From an uncultured Lachnospiraceae bacterium (GTDB taxonomy: Bacteria; Bacillota; Clostridia; Lachnospirales; Lachnospiraceae): a stretch of 64,000 nucleotides of DNA. Below, one piece after another: positions 1 through 10,600 of the stretch. The DNA is taken from assembly GCA_910585465.1 (NCBI GenBank), contig CAJUEW010000004.1, forward strand, positions 44,001 through 108,000, given 5' to 3'. The translations under genes and the position numbers were made by a program. Position 1 is the first letter of the stretch. Every line of letters starts with the position of its first letter. The notes under the pieces were generated by a model. It was given only the letters and a program-made list of their open reading frames with translations, was not told the DNA's origin and ran no database searches.

Positions 1-1024
1 TACATGGTATGTCCATGGACGCACGAATCCGGACGGAAGCCATGAAGAATTGGGAATGTACCGTATCTGCGGCCTTCTGGATGAACACGGCATAAAACCC
101 CGCTGCCGCTCCTCCTGGAGCAGGCATACAATTAAGGATATATTGTCCAATATTACATATGCCGGTAAAGTACGCTGGCAGTGGCGTGCCGAGAGCACCA
201 CTCTGAAAGACGGTGTAAAAGCAAAAATCCGGAAGAAGGCAAAAGACGGAGAATATATGTATCCGGACGGCCTGCATCCCGCAATTATTCCTATGGAGCT
301 TTTTCAGGCGGCACAGGATAAGATGGCAGCGCACGCACAGCCTCCCTTGCCTGGGGAAAAGGAATTAAAAAACCCTCTTGCCAATCTTCTAAAGTGCAGG
401 AAATGCGGCCGGACTATGATGCGCGTCCCCGCGGCCGGCCGAAACTGTGAATCAATCCGCTGTCCGGAACGCACCTGCAACAATATTTCCGCCCCTCTCT
501 CACTGATAGAACAGGAATTATTGTATGTACTGGAGGCATGGCTGCTTAATTACAAGCTCAGCTTACAGACCGCAAAGCCTTGTGATTTCCATGCTCAGGA
601 ACGGGCTATGAACCATGCATCCCTTGAGGCTGTCCTTGCAGAGCTTCAGTCTCTGGATGAGCAGAATCAGCGTATCTATGATTTTCTGGAAAAAGGGATT
701 TATACTACTGAAATCTTCCTGGAACGAAGCCAGCGCATACAGAACCAGAAAGAAGAGCTGCTTCATAAGAAAGCGTTTCTGGAAAAGGAAATTCAGAGAA
801 AGCGGTCCGCGGAACAGGCAGAAAAACAGATTATCCCCAAAATAGAGCATGTGCTGGATGTGTACTGGACTACAAAATCCATTACGCAGAAAAACCAGCT
901 TCTTCGGGAAGTTCTTGAAAAGGTGGAATATCAAAAGGACATCCGCAACAAAAAGGGTGAAAGAAATAAAGCCAGCTTTGAACTGTTTCTCTATCCAAAG
1001 CTGCCTGGCCAATCTAACCTGTAA
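1..1024 (+). CDS. Large serine recombinase (SpoIVCA/CisA-like integrase), 5' part outside window
   Basis: Frame is open from position 2. Recombinase-domain motif (GI.P...WS..TI..IL.N..YAG.V.W), then LHPAII, Zn-ribbon LLKCRKCG..M..C....C, a long coiled coil and a C-terminal FELFLYPKLP. The catalytic N-terminal domain lies before the window. Confidence 0.92.
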   Translation, partial: TWYVHGRTNPDGSHEELGMYRICGLLDEHGIKPRCRSSWSRHTIKDILSNITYAGKVRWQWRAESTTLKDGVKAKIRKKAKDGEYMYPDGLHPAIIPMELFQAAQDKMAAHAQPPLPGEKELKNPLANLLKCRKCGRTMMRVPAAGRNCESIRCPERTCNNISAPLSLIEQELLYVLEAWLLNYKLSLQTAKPCDFHAQERAMNHASLEAVLAELQSLDEQNQRIYDFLEKGIYTTEIFLERSQRIQNQKEELLHKKAFLEKEIQRKRSAEQAEKQIIPKIEHVLDVYWTTKSITQKNQLLREVLEKVEYQKDIRNKKGERNKASFELFLYPKLPGQSNL

Positions 1025-1755
1025 CTTAGGTGGGGGTACGTGTAGCCCCACTCATATGTCATCAAAAATACCCAGTCCGCACTCTCTCCCAGCAGTCTAT
1101 AATCCATTCCCTCGTATAAAAGTCCTGCCTGAATTCCCGAAGTCTTCGGTACCAGAGCTACAGATACACGGTAGCCGTTCTGGTTCATCCGCATACGCAG
1201 ATTCCCCACAAATGCCGCATATCCTTCCCGGTCCTCGGGGAGGATATATTCAAAATCCACATCTACCCCGGCATAGCCCCGGCTCTGCACGGTATATAAG
1301 AGCTGATCGATCAGATTGCGCTGAACGGTTTCGTCCGTCACCACCAGCTTAACCAGATAATTGTTAAAATTTCCGTCCACTCCAAAAGGCGTCAGTACCA
1401 GGTAAGGTTCAGTTCCTGTCTGCCATGCCTGCTCAATCAAAGGAAGATCATTGTACAAAGGCGGAATCAAATCCCCTGTCACAGTAAATCCATAGGAAAA
1501 TATCAACAGCTCATTGATATAGGAAAGCGCCTCCTGTAAAATTTCCTGTTCAATAAAAGCATAGGCATATCCGCTTACCTCCATCTGCCGCACAGGCCCC
1601 GGTTCTGGCTCCACGCCGCGAAGCAGAAGGGCCTCCCCCGGCACCAGCGCACGCCTGTTTTGTACTTGGTTGTCATAGGCTATCTGATCTGCCGGAATAC
1701 CGTACCGCTCCGCAAGTTCATACAAGCTATCTCCTGGTCTTACCACATAAATCAT
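991..1755 (-). pseudogene. 5' part of a split LysM + GH18 spore germination protein gene (YaaH/SleL/YdhD-like)
   Basis: N-terminal LysM (YVVRPGDSL), GH18 catalytic DVDFE and family motif LMTYEWGYTY. It then runs into an unrelated tail (PHLSYRLDWPGSFG*) made from att and antisense recombinase sequence. The C-terminal part of the barrel is missing. Confidence 0.85.
1030..1051. mobile_element. Putative att junction of a serine-recombinase element
   Basis: gtgggggtac-GT-gtagccccac: a 10-bp inverted repeat (1 mismatch) around a 2-bp core. It begins 5 bp after the recombinase stop codon, where the GH18 gene loses homology. Confidence 0.75.
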
Positions 1756-1782
1756 GTATTTCCCTCAAATTTTTCCCATCCT

Positions 1783-1812
1783 CTTCTTATCAGATTATGC
1801 GGCAGCAATGTC
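1783..1812 (-). promoter_or_regulatory. Possible mother-cell (sigma-E/K-type) promoter of the GH18 gene
   Basis: Minus strand reads ...gccgCATAATCTgataagaagagg about 40 bp upstream of the ATG; CATA-type -10 element, weak -35. Confidence 0.3.
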
Positions 1813-1830
1813 GGCAGATACAGATTCCGT

Positions 1831-2112
1831 CTATATCAAACTTGCCATAAATAATTCATAAAAATCATCTTCCCCGTCCAGCTTTGGAGAATTTTCTCCT
1901 CCTCCGTTAGTACTCCTTCTCATATTTCCATAGAATTCCTCTCCTGCATGAATCAAATCCATTACATAAATCGGATAGCCAAGCTCCTGGCATTTTCTGC
2001 AGAAGGCATCCACCGGATTTCTCTCCTGTTTTGTTTTAAGAAGTGTATCTCTGATGGAAGCATCCTTTTTGGCCCTGTTCTGCAATTCATCTAAATATTC
2101 CAGCGTCGTCAT
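1831..2112 (-). CDS. Hypothetical protein (93 aa)
   Basis: ORF with GGAG RBS and protein-like composition (RRSTNGGGENSP). Confidence 0.75.
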   Translation of the reverse strand: MTTLEYLDELQNRAKKDASIRDTLLKTKQERNPVDAFCRKCQELGYPIYVMDLIHAGEEFYGNMRRSTNGGGENSPKLDGEDDFYELFMASLI

Positions 2113-2460
2113 TACTTTCTCCGTTCATTTTGCAAAATAGCTCATAGTACCACGTCCCTTATACGGACTGTATCACTGCGGTTCAGTTGTACAGTCTGAA
2201 CCGACAGTCCAATCGGCTCTTTTACATGGCTGAACCTTAATACAGTATACACGAATTTAAAACGAAAGTATAGGAAAATAGACTGGTTTATGTTATTATA
2301 AATTACATAATCTTAAGTTTTTGCAAAATATTATCCTCGAAGCTCAAAATGCTCCCCAAACTTGTCTATTCTGTCATTGGCGGCAAGAGCTTTTGGCCTT
2401 CGTGTTAAAAATGCAGAGATTCAAGAATACACAATTAATTGATATAGGGGGATTTTATTT

Positions 2461-3777
2461 ATGAAACGAGATCAACGGGTTCTTGCCCTTCTGCCAATTC
2501 TGGTGTTTCTGGTCATTTACATAGGAACCGGCATTTACTATGAATATATTTATCCTCAGGATGGTGTGCAAGGATTCTATGTCATGTCCGTCGTAGTTGC
2601 CTTTATGGCTGCACTGACAGCTGCATTGCTCCAGAACCGCTCCATCTCCTTTGATGAAAAAATGCGGATCTGTGCTTCTGGTATGGGCGATGACAATATT
2701 CTGATTATGATTTTTATTTTTCTTCTTGCCGGGGCATTTAGCGGCGTTGCTTCTGCCTCAGGCTGTGCGGCCGATACTGCCAATCTGCTTCTGAGCATTG
2801 TGCCCGGAAGACTGACCGTTCTCGGCATTTTTCTGATTGCCTGTATTATATCCATGTCCATGGGAACCTCCTGTGGAACCATTACTGTTATGGGCACGCT
2901 TGCTTTAAGTATTTCCCAGTCTGCAGGACTTTCTCTGCCTCTGTGCTTTGGTGCTCTGGTGGGAGGTTCCATGTTTGGGGATAATTTATCCTTTATTTCG
3001 GATACTACCATTGCTGCCACCAAGACTCAGGGCTGTCAGATGAGGGACAAATTCCGTGAAAATCTGATGATTGCCCTGCCCGCCGCCCTGATTACCTGCG
3101 GAATCCTTATGTATTTTGCATGGACCGGAAAGGCGGCTGAGGTCGGAACATACTCCTACAACCTGGTGCGCGCCCTTCCCTACTTTGCAATTCTGGTTGC
3201 TGCCCTTGCAGGAATTAATGTATTTATTGTACTGGGCGGCGGACTGGTGCTGTGCACTGCTATCGGTCTTATCACAGGCTCCATTGACATCCACAATATT
3301 TTCATCTCCATGGGAAGCGGAGTTTCCGGTATGTATGAAACGATTGTTGTAACAATCCTCGCCACAGCACTCTCTTCATTGATTAAATATAACGGCGGCT
3401 TTGATGCCATCATCGCTTTTATTAAAAAATACTTTCACGGAAGCAAAGGCGGCCAGCTGGGCATTATTCTGATTTCCATGCTGATGGATATTTCCACTGC
3501 CAACAATACAGTAGCAATCGTAGTCACTGCGCCGATTGCCACTGATATACGTAAGGAATATCATATTACGCCACAGCGGACTGCCTCTTTGATGGATATT
3601 TCTACCTGTGTTGCACAGGGCATTATTCCATATGGGGCACAGCTTCTGATAGCTGCAGGTATTGCAGGAATCTCTTCCATTCAGATTATGCCCTATTTGT
3701 TTTATCCATACCTTCTGCTGATATGTGTGCTGGCGGCAACCTTTACAGCCAGGGAGTCTAAGTCAGTAAGCTCCTAA
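2461..3777 (+). CDS. Na+/H+ antiporter NhaC family transporter (possibly amino-acid/methionine transporter)
   Basis: About 11-12 TM segments; motifs SMGTSCGT, GGSMFGDNLSFISDTTIAA, TANNTVAI, IIPYGAQLL; GGGGG RBS. Confidence 0.88.
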   Translation: MKRDQRVLALLPILVFLVIYIGTGIYYEYIYPQDGVQGFYVMSVVVAFMAALTAALLQNRSISFDEKMRICASGMGDDNILIMIFIFLLAGAFSGVASASGCAADTANLLLSIVPGRLTVLGIFLIACIISMSMGTSCGTITVMGTLALSISQSAGLSLPLCFGALVGGSMFGDNLSFISDTTIAATKTQGCQMRDKFRENLMIALPAALITCGILMYFAWTGKAAEVGTYSYNLVRALPYFAILVAALAGINVFIVLGGGLVLCTAIGLITGSIDIHNIFISMGSGVSGMYETIVVTILATALSSLIKYNGGFDAIIAFIKKYFHGSKGGQLGIILISMLMDISTANNTVAIVVTAPIATDIRKEYHITPQRTASLMDISTCVAQGIIPYGAQLLIAAGIAGISSIQIMPYLFYPYLLLICVLAATFTARESKSVSS

Positions 3778-3884
3778 AATCTGGACAACCATATTCTCTG
3801 CTGTCTGAAAATGCACCTGGTATCATAAATTTTTTACCTGTTTGCACATATGAGATTAAGAAGTAAAGAAATAGAAAGATTTTA

Positions 3885-3917
3885 CTGTTCCTTCCGGCTG
3901 ACTGCCGGAAGGAACAG
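3885..3917. terminator. 14-bp perfect hairpin (terminator or element-end structure)
   Basis: ctgttccttccggc-tgact-gccggaaggaacag between convergent genes. Confidence 0.6.
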
Positions 3918-3921
3918 CTTT

Positions 3922-3985
3922 GTGCGTCAGGCAGCTCTGCCTCACCGACAAAAGAATCATAGATTTCGATTTCCTGTCTGTGGAG
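3922..3985 (-). pseudogene. Possible C-terminal remnant of a DUF4368/TnpX-like serine recombinase
   Basis: Translates as RQEIEIYDSFVGEAELPD, resembling the (R/T)Q.IEIYY.FVG...LP ending recalled for this family. No upstream domain is present. Confidence 0.4.
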
Positions 3986-4040
3986 ATTCCCCCGGCATTT
4001 CCCATCCAATGGAAAAATATATCTTCATACATATTGAACG

Positions 4041-4250
4041 CTATGCCTCAATCCTGTTAAAAACAACCGTCTGCTCTTTCATAGATATTTTCCCGACTTG
4101 ATAACCATATTCTATGAGTTCCTTTTTGTACTTTAAGAAGGAGTGGTCAATAGGTATCCCCGCAATTTTCTGAATCTCTCCAAAGGTCAGCTGAAGAGAT
4201 TCGTTTCCGTTTTTATGTACATATTCCCACAAAGTGTTATATTTACTCAT
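4041..4250 (-). CDS. Conserved small hypothetical protein (69 aa)
   Basis: AAAGGAG RBS; MSKY..LW.Y....LTF.EI..IAGIPIDHSFL.YKKEL..YGY.VGKISMKEQTV pattern recalled from Firmicutes. Confidence 0.8.
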   Translation of the reverse strand: MSKYNTLWEYVHKNGNESLQLTFGEIQKIAGIPIDHSFLKYKKELIEYGYQVGKISMKEQTVVFNRIEA

Positions 4251-4329
4251 TATTTTCTTCTCCTTTCAGCGCACAAATCCATAACCTCTTATTTATCCTT
4301 CAGCTTCCTAAACAGCAGGGTAAAAAACA

Positions 4330-4470
4330 GGGAAAAGGTTAATACCATAATTGAATACCATTATCCGCCTCATCACTAATGATAAAACCTTTGTACTTCA
4401 GGAATTTAGGATCAGCCAAAAATGGCTTTCTCTTTGCCGCAGATAATATACATAGTCTAATATATTCCAT
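4330..4470 (-). pseudogene. Degraded YoaP-domain/GNAT acetyltransferase gene
   Basis: GGAGG RBS and ATG give MEYIR joined directly to LCILSAAKRKPFLADPKFLK. A frameshift then gives YKGFIISDEADNGIQLWY*PF. This indicates an internal deletion, a frameshift and a nonsense codon. Confidence 0.7.
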
Positions 4471-4627
4471 AAGGACACCTCCGTAAATTTCCCATTTATC
4501 ATTACTTTATTATATATTCTTTTTTCCATAAATGAAAGAAATTTCTTATACTTCCTGTTCATCAAAACAGAACATGAACAGTGCGGCAACAAAACGGAAT
4601 TTTATGCTGTCCTCAGTATCTCTGTTC

Positions 4628-7600
4628 CTATGCCCTTTTCTTTTTCCTAAGCAAAACAGCAAGCTGCCATATTCCCGTCAGAAGAAAGGCCAGAACTGTC
4701 GTTATACCATAGAACAATCCCTTGTTCATAAAAAACTGTATAAAAATATTGGGTGTAATCAGGAATCGTATTTCTTCTGAATTATTTCTATTGCCCGCGG
4801 CATCATAAGCAGTAACATTAAGGGTCTGCCACCGGGCTGCGCTGTCTGCCGTAAACACAATCTTTCCTCCCAGTCTGTCAATCTCCGAAGAGCTAAATGT
4901 CGATTTCTTCCCATCCACATTTATTTCCACCTCCGACAGGCAGATATTGTCCTGCACATCCAGCATAATTTTTCTGCTGCTTTCCCTGTATTGCCTGTTG
5001 TTTCCCACACCGGAAATCAGAATACTTGGACCTGTCTTATCCACCACAAATTCAACTTTCTTTCCCTTTGTGCTGTTATTAGAAGCATTCATAGCCCGAT
5101 CCTCCGAATAAATCGTCAGAATATAGGTTCCTTCTTCTTCAAAATTACTTTTCCTTATCGTATAAGTGTACTGCTTCCAGCTTTCCTCTGTCCCACTTTC
5201 ACTGACAGAATAATCTCTGCCCTCCTCCATAGTCCGCAGGCTCCCATTTAAATTACAGGTAATTTCCCGAAATTCCAGGATATCTATATTTGTCTCTATA
5301 ACGACAATATCCTGCTCCTCCTTTGTATAATATTTCCCCAGACTGCCGACCAGCCTGTCCGTCTTTTCATCAAAGGTGTAAACAGAACCAAATCGGTTCA
5401 CAGAAAAAGTTACTTCTGCCTCACTGCTGTTTCCGGCAAGATCATATACGGTTGCTTTCATCGTGTAAAGATCATCGGTTTCCGGTGTATGGGAAAAATC
5501 ATCCAGTTTGATTTCCATACCGTTTGCCGTTGCTCTGGAGGTTCCTTTTATTTCCTGTACGCCATTATGGTACCCTTTCATCAGGATCACAGAACTGTCT
5601 GCATCATAGTTTATATCGGAATAACGGATTCCCGGCATTACTGTGCCGTTGTTTGCAGACAAGTCAGTGATATCAAATATTTCCAGCTCCGGAGGCGTCT
5701 GATCAACTATAAACCGATCTGTCTCATATTCGTCCAGAGGATTATCCGCCTGATCCGTTCCGGAAACAGTAAGGGTATAATTTCCGTCTGCCCCAAAGGT
5801 CACAGTAGCTGTATAATGATCGCCGTTTTGGCTCCAGCCGGACACAAAAGGAGCTATGGTGCTGTCCCCTGCGGCCTCCACATGGATCAGCGACGGATCA
5901 AAATTGTGCTCCAGAATATCAATGGTTGCTGTCCTGCTCCGATTATAATAGCGCCCATTTCTACTCTCATTATTGTCATAGTCTACGGTCATCTCCGGCC
6001 TTGTCTGATCAATCGTAAATTCGTCCAGTCGGTTGTACTCCGCCCGGTTGCCGGCCATATCCTCAAAGGCCACAGTAAAACTGTAATCTCCGTCTGCGCT
6101 GAATACTACGCTGCAGGTATTCCGGGTATCGTCTCCTGTGCCGGAAGAACTCCAGCCGCCGATTACAGGCATCACTCCGTCCGTATTGGTAATTATGAAC
6201 TCCACATCATCCGCGCTGAAGTTGCGCTCCCGTATGTTAATGGTCGCTGTTCTGGTCTGATGATAGAACCTTCCATTGGACGGAGTATTCAGATCATATT
6301 CAACCATGATCTCCGGAGGTGTCGTATCCACATTGTAGAGTTGCTCCACATGCCCGGTATGCCCTGCATTATCTGTATAATCCGCAAAAACCATTACATC
6401 GTTTTCATTATTGGAGGATGCCTCCAGAACCAAATCTGAAGACACTGTTTTTGTGAGTTTTGTCTTTTGCCGGTCCTTTGTAAATGCCTCGCCGGCCTGC
6501 CGGCGGAAATCCTGGCTTACCCTGGAATCGTTCCCCACTTTATAACTGTAGGAACCTATTCCGGAATAAGTGTCCTGAATAGTCAGATTTAGCTTTACAT
6601 CCGTATTATAAAAATCCTTGTCCCCTATTGTCCTGCTTGGACTTGTCTGTGTCGTAATTATGGCTTTTCCGGTACTGTCATGTTTTTCTGAGCTCTCTAC
6701 CACATGATTGCGCGTCTGCTGAAGCTGGTTCCCCGACCAGTCGAACACCTCTGTTTTTACGGTCCCATTAAAATCAGACGCATCCAACGGAATTTCTACT
6801 TTATAAGAATTACTCCAGGCGGCAGAAAATGTTTTTTCCTTTATGGTCTTTTTGCCGTTTTCGTCCGTAATTGTAAATCTTATTTTATGAATACCTGCTG
6901 TTTCATCCTTTACGGAGGCGGTAACCGACATTTTATTCCGTGCAAATAAGTATCCAAAGCCTTTGTAGTTGACTGGATCATTTACCGAATAGGAGAATTC
7001 CAGATCCGCAGGCTGTGTCGTGTCCTTTGTTGGAAGCTCTGTTACATTCAGGCTGGCAGCATTGCCTGCCAAATCCGTAAAGCTGATTGGAATTCTGTAA
7101 TTTGCGTCTGTGCTCAGGGGAATATCCACATTCCATATTCCGCGCTTTATTTCGTATTCAGAGATACCATTGACTGCAGTCCATGCATTTGTATTCTTTA
7201 TCCTTTCAGACTGTATATCCTCTGCCTCCATTTTTTTCAGAGAATCCTTCAGCTCCTTATATCGGATATTCTGATCTTCAACCTGAATTTTTAAGGTTGT
7301 GTTTTCTCCAAAATACTTTCTTCCTTTATTTTCATTCACAGGTACGGATGTATATTGACAGGTGACTACAGGCGCTGTCGTGTCCAAAATTAAAAGGGGA
7401 CTTTGGTAACGGCCTCCGGACACACAGCCTCCCTGTACAATGCCTCCGCCTCTCATCTGGTTGCCTGCTGCATCCCGGCAGGCAACGGAAACCCTATAGT
7501 CACCATCCTCCGTCACAGAATAGGTTCCTCTGTAGAGCGTCCCGGATTTCTTCCAGTCCATAGCAGTATCCGTTCCATTAATAAGAAATTCAAAATCTGC

Positions 7601-10600
7601 AAGCTTGTTTGCTTTTTTCTCATCTCTGGCCAGATATGCTTCATCTACAGTTACTGTAATATCAATCCTACCTTCGGTTATACCGTAATAGGAGGTCATA
7701 TTTACTGCCGGAGTCTTATTTTTACTGCTGTAATCCTTGTTATCCTTATCCTTCAGCCGGAATGCTTTATTAAAAGAAATATCAAACACCGGAGCTGCAT
7801 GATCGAGAATAAATGGCTGCCCGGTATAGTTTCCGTCCTTCAGACGCCCGTCCGCACCTCCATTTATCAGAAGATTTCCCGCCCGATCCGTATAGGAAAT
7901 CCTTACTGCATAGGCTGCCTCCGCCCCTGCTTCTCCGTCAAAGCCAAAGCTCGCTGTATGGAGGTTTCCGTCGTCTGTCCAGTGAATTCCTTCTATGGGA
8001 CTCCCTCCCTGTATATCCGGACGATTACTTACAATAATCCTGCCGCCGTCTATCTCTGCTACGGACACATTTACGGAAGCAGCATCCCAATACGCTCCGT
8101 TGTCATCAATAGTAAAAGAAATATCTACATCCGCACCTTCCACATTACGATATACATTCACATGATTAACCCTGCGATCTGTAGTTCCCACAGTCCTGCA
8201 GCTAACCAGCCCCGGCGCCCGATTGTCCAAAATTATCATCCCGCTCTCATAAGTCCCTGTATCCGTTTGGAGAACTCCAAACGAACCATCCGCGTCTGCC
8301 AGCGTCAGAAGGTTTCCGGAGCCGTCCTGATAAGAAGCAGTGATTCTGTATTCCGTCTCTCCTCCGCCTTCTTCCTGCCTATACGGAAGCCAAAGCTCCG
8401 CTGAGATGGTACTGTCACTGCGGTTCCATTGACGAAAGCTAAAAGAGCTTCCGTCCGCCAGATACTCCGTAATATTTCCTCTGGTTCCGATTCCGTCCTT
8501 GTACACTGTTATTATGGGAAGAATCACCTTTCCGGTCTTCATATCCACATTTTTATCAAAATACTGTTCTGTAAAGGTCAGCAGCACCTTTTCATAAAGC
8601 TGCCCCTTTTCAGGCCTGTAATACCGTCTCTGACCGGAATCCTCCTTTCCTGTACAGTTCTCATAGACAATATGGAGCGACGGAGCAGTATGATCGATTA
8701 CCAGCATCTGTGTGCCCTGTCCTTTTACGGCCAGCTCAGGCTTTATACTGCCATCCGCAACATTACCGGCCTCATCCTCTACTGCTATAATTTTAAGCGT
8801 ATCTGCATTCTCCCCCTCCAGTTCAAAACGGACCGCCTGATATTTTCCGTCTGCGGTTGTACCGCTCACCTGCACCGGCGGATATGTTTTGCCTCCATAT
8901 TGATAAGTAACAAATCTAACGCCTGATATTCTGTCCTGAAGATACAAGGTCACCTGAATTTTGTTTTTTACAAAAATTCGTTCATAAAGCTTTTCCCCGA
9001 ATTCTGTTTCACGCAGTGTATCCAGTGCCTTTGCAAAAATGCCCCGGGGTATTCTGTTTGTTTCCTCCTCATAATCTGCATATTCTGCCTGAATCGTAGT
9101 ATCTATATCAGGCAATACTTTATCCTTTCTGAATACAAGCTCCGTCCAGGAACCATTTTCACTCTTTCCATTTCCAAGCTCATCATATGCCTGAAATTCA
9201 TAGCTTCCGTCAAAGGTGTCATCTGATTCTTCCACAGCAAAGCTCCAAAGCCCCTCCTGTCCTCGTATCCCCTTCTCCATTTCATAAATCAAAGAGCTTC
9301 CTGTCTTTCTATAGCGGACTCTTGGAATAGCTGAGCTGCCATAGCTGTTTTTAACCTTAACCGTAAAGACAGTATCCTTGTTGGACCATCCGCCGTGGGC
9401 AGCAGCCCAGTCCTTTGTGCTGATGTCAACATCCGTAATTTCCGGTGCTGTCCTGACAATCTCCACAGAAAGCTTCTTACTCGCTGCTCCTTTGTTTCCG
9501 GCCATATCCGCAGCAGTTACCTGATATTCGCCTTTTACATACGTATCTGTGGAAATTGTCCAGAAGTATCTGCCATCCGCATCCGGGCATCCGGCATCCG
9601 GCTTAAGACAGGAATCCCTGCCGTCCTTTAAAAGGCTTACCATATCCAAATATGTATCCTTTACAACCGCCGTAATCTTTACATCATTTCCCGACAGAAC
9701 AGCCTCCTTTTCAGGTTTGACAGCCCCTTCATCAGCTACAATCCGCACATCGGTAATCTTTGGAGCTTTATTGTCAATTACAATACTTCTGCTGATAAAT
9801 ACAGAGTCTGCAGTACTCCCCTTACAGCACTCATCCGCTGTCAGAGCATTTTGAGAACCATCGGCATAAGAAACTGTAAAGGAATAAAGCGCTTCCTTTC
9901 CGTCTATCCTATCAAGCTTAAGATCCAGCTCCACCTCACAGATCTGACCTGTAACGGCTGTCCAGCTAAAGCTGTCCATTTTCTCTACAAGCCCGTCTGT
10001 CACCCTTGTTACCACTACCTCCGGCTGAACAGCCGCACCATCCGCAAGCTGTCTGTCGTAAAAATCTTCATCCAGTGTCAGCTTTAAGACCGCGGTGTCC
10101 CTGTAATTAATATAGGGCATATCATCCTTTGTTTTCTCTGTATAAGAGCCTTCCGCTCCATAATCAATGCTGAGCTTCGGCGGGCAGTTATCCAAAAAAA
10201 TAACCGTATCACCGTCCATCTCTACAGGAGCCGCCGTACCTCCCATCAAATTTCCTGCCCTGTCCTTCAGTCCTGTGACTCTCAGTCTGCCGGAAACGCT
10301 GGAATTATCCGGTGCCTTAAGCGTTCCCTTTATTACAGCATATCCGTCATAGGCGCTTTCTCCGATAACCTCCTCAGCTCCTGGTCCCTCTAAAAGCTCC
10401 AGGTTTTCTATTCTTATCTTCCTGTCCGGTAAAACTATGGATTCCTTCAGGTTATTTCCGTCTATTCCTGAAATATAGGGATCCGAAGCTCCGGACGGAG
10501 CCTTATCTTTTATAAGGAGATAAAACTTCACATACCTCTGTCCGTAAAGCCTGCTTAGTCCTGTATTTCCCAGTTCCCCGGGTATTGTCTTACCTGCGCC

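Noticed and set aside
2250..2460. SAM or T-box riboswitch upstream of the NhaC-family transporter
   Set aside because: No SAM-I core (ATCaAGAG..GAGGGA..GGCCC) or T-box TGGtACC motif is visible.
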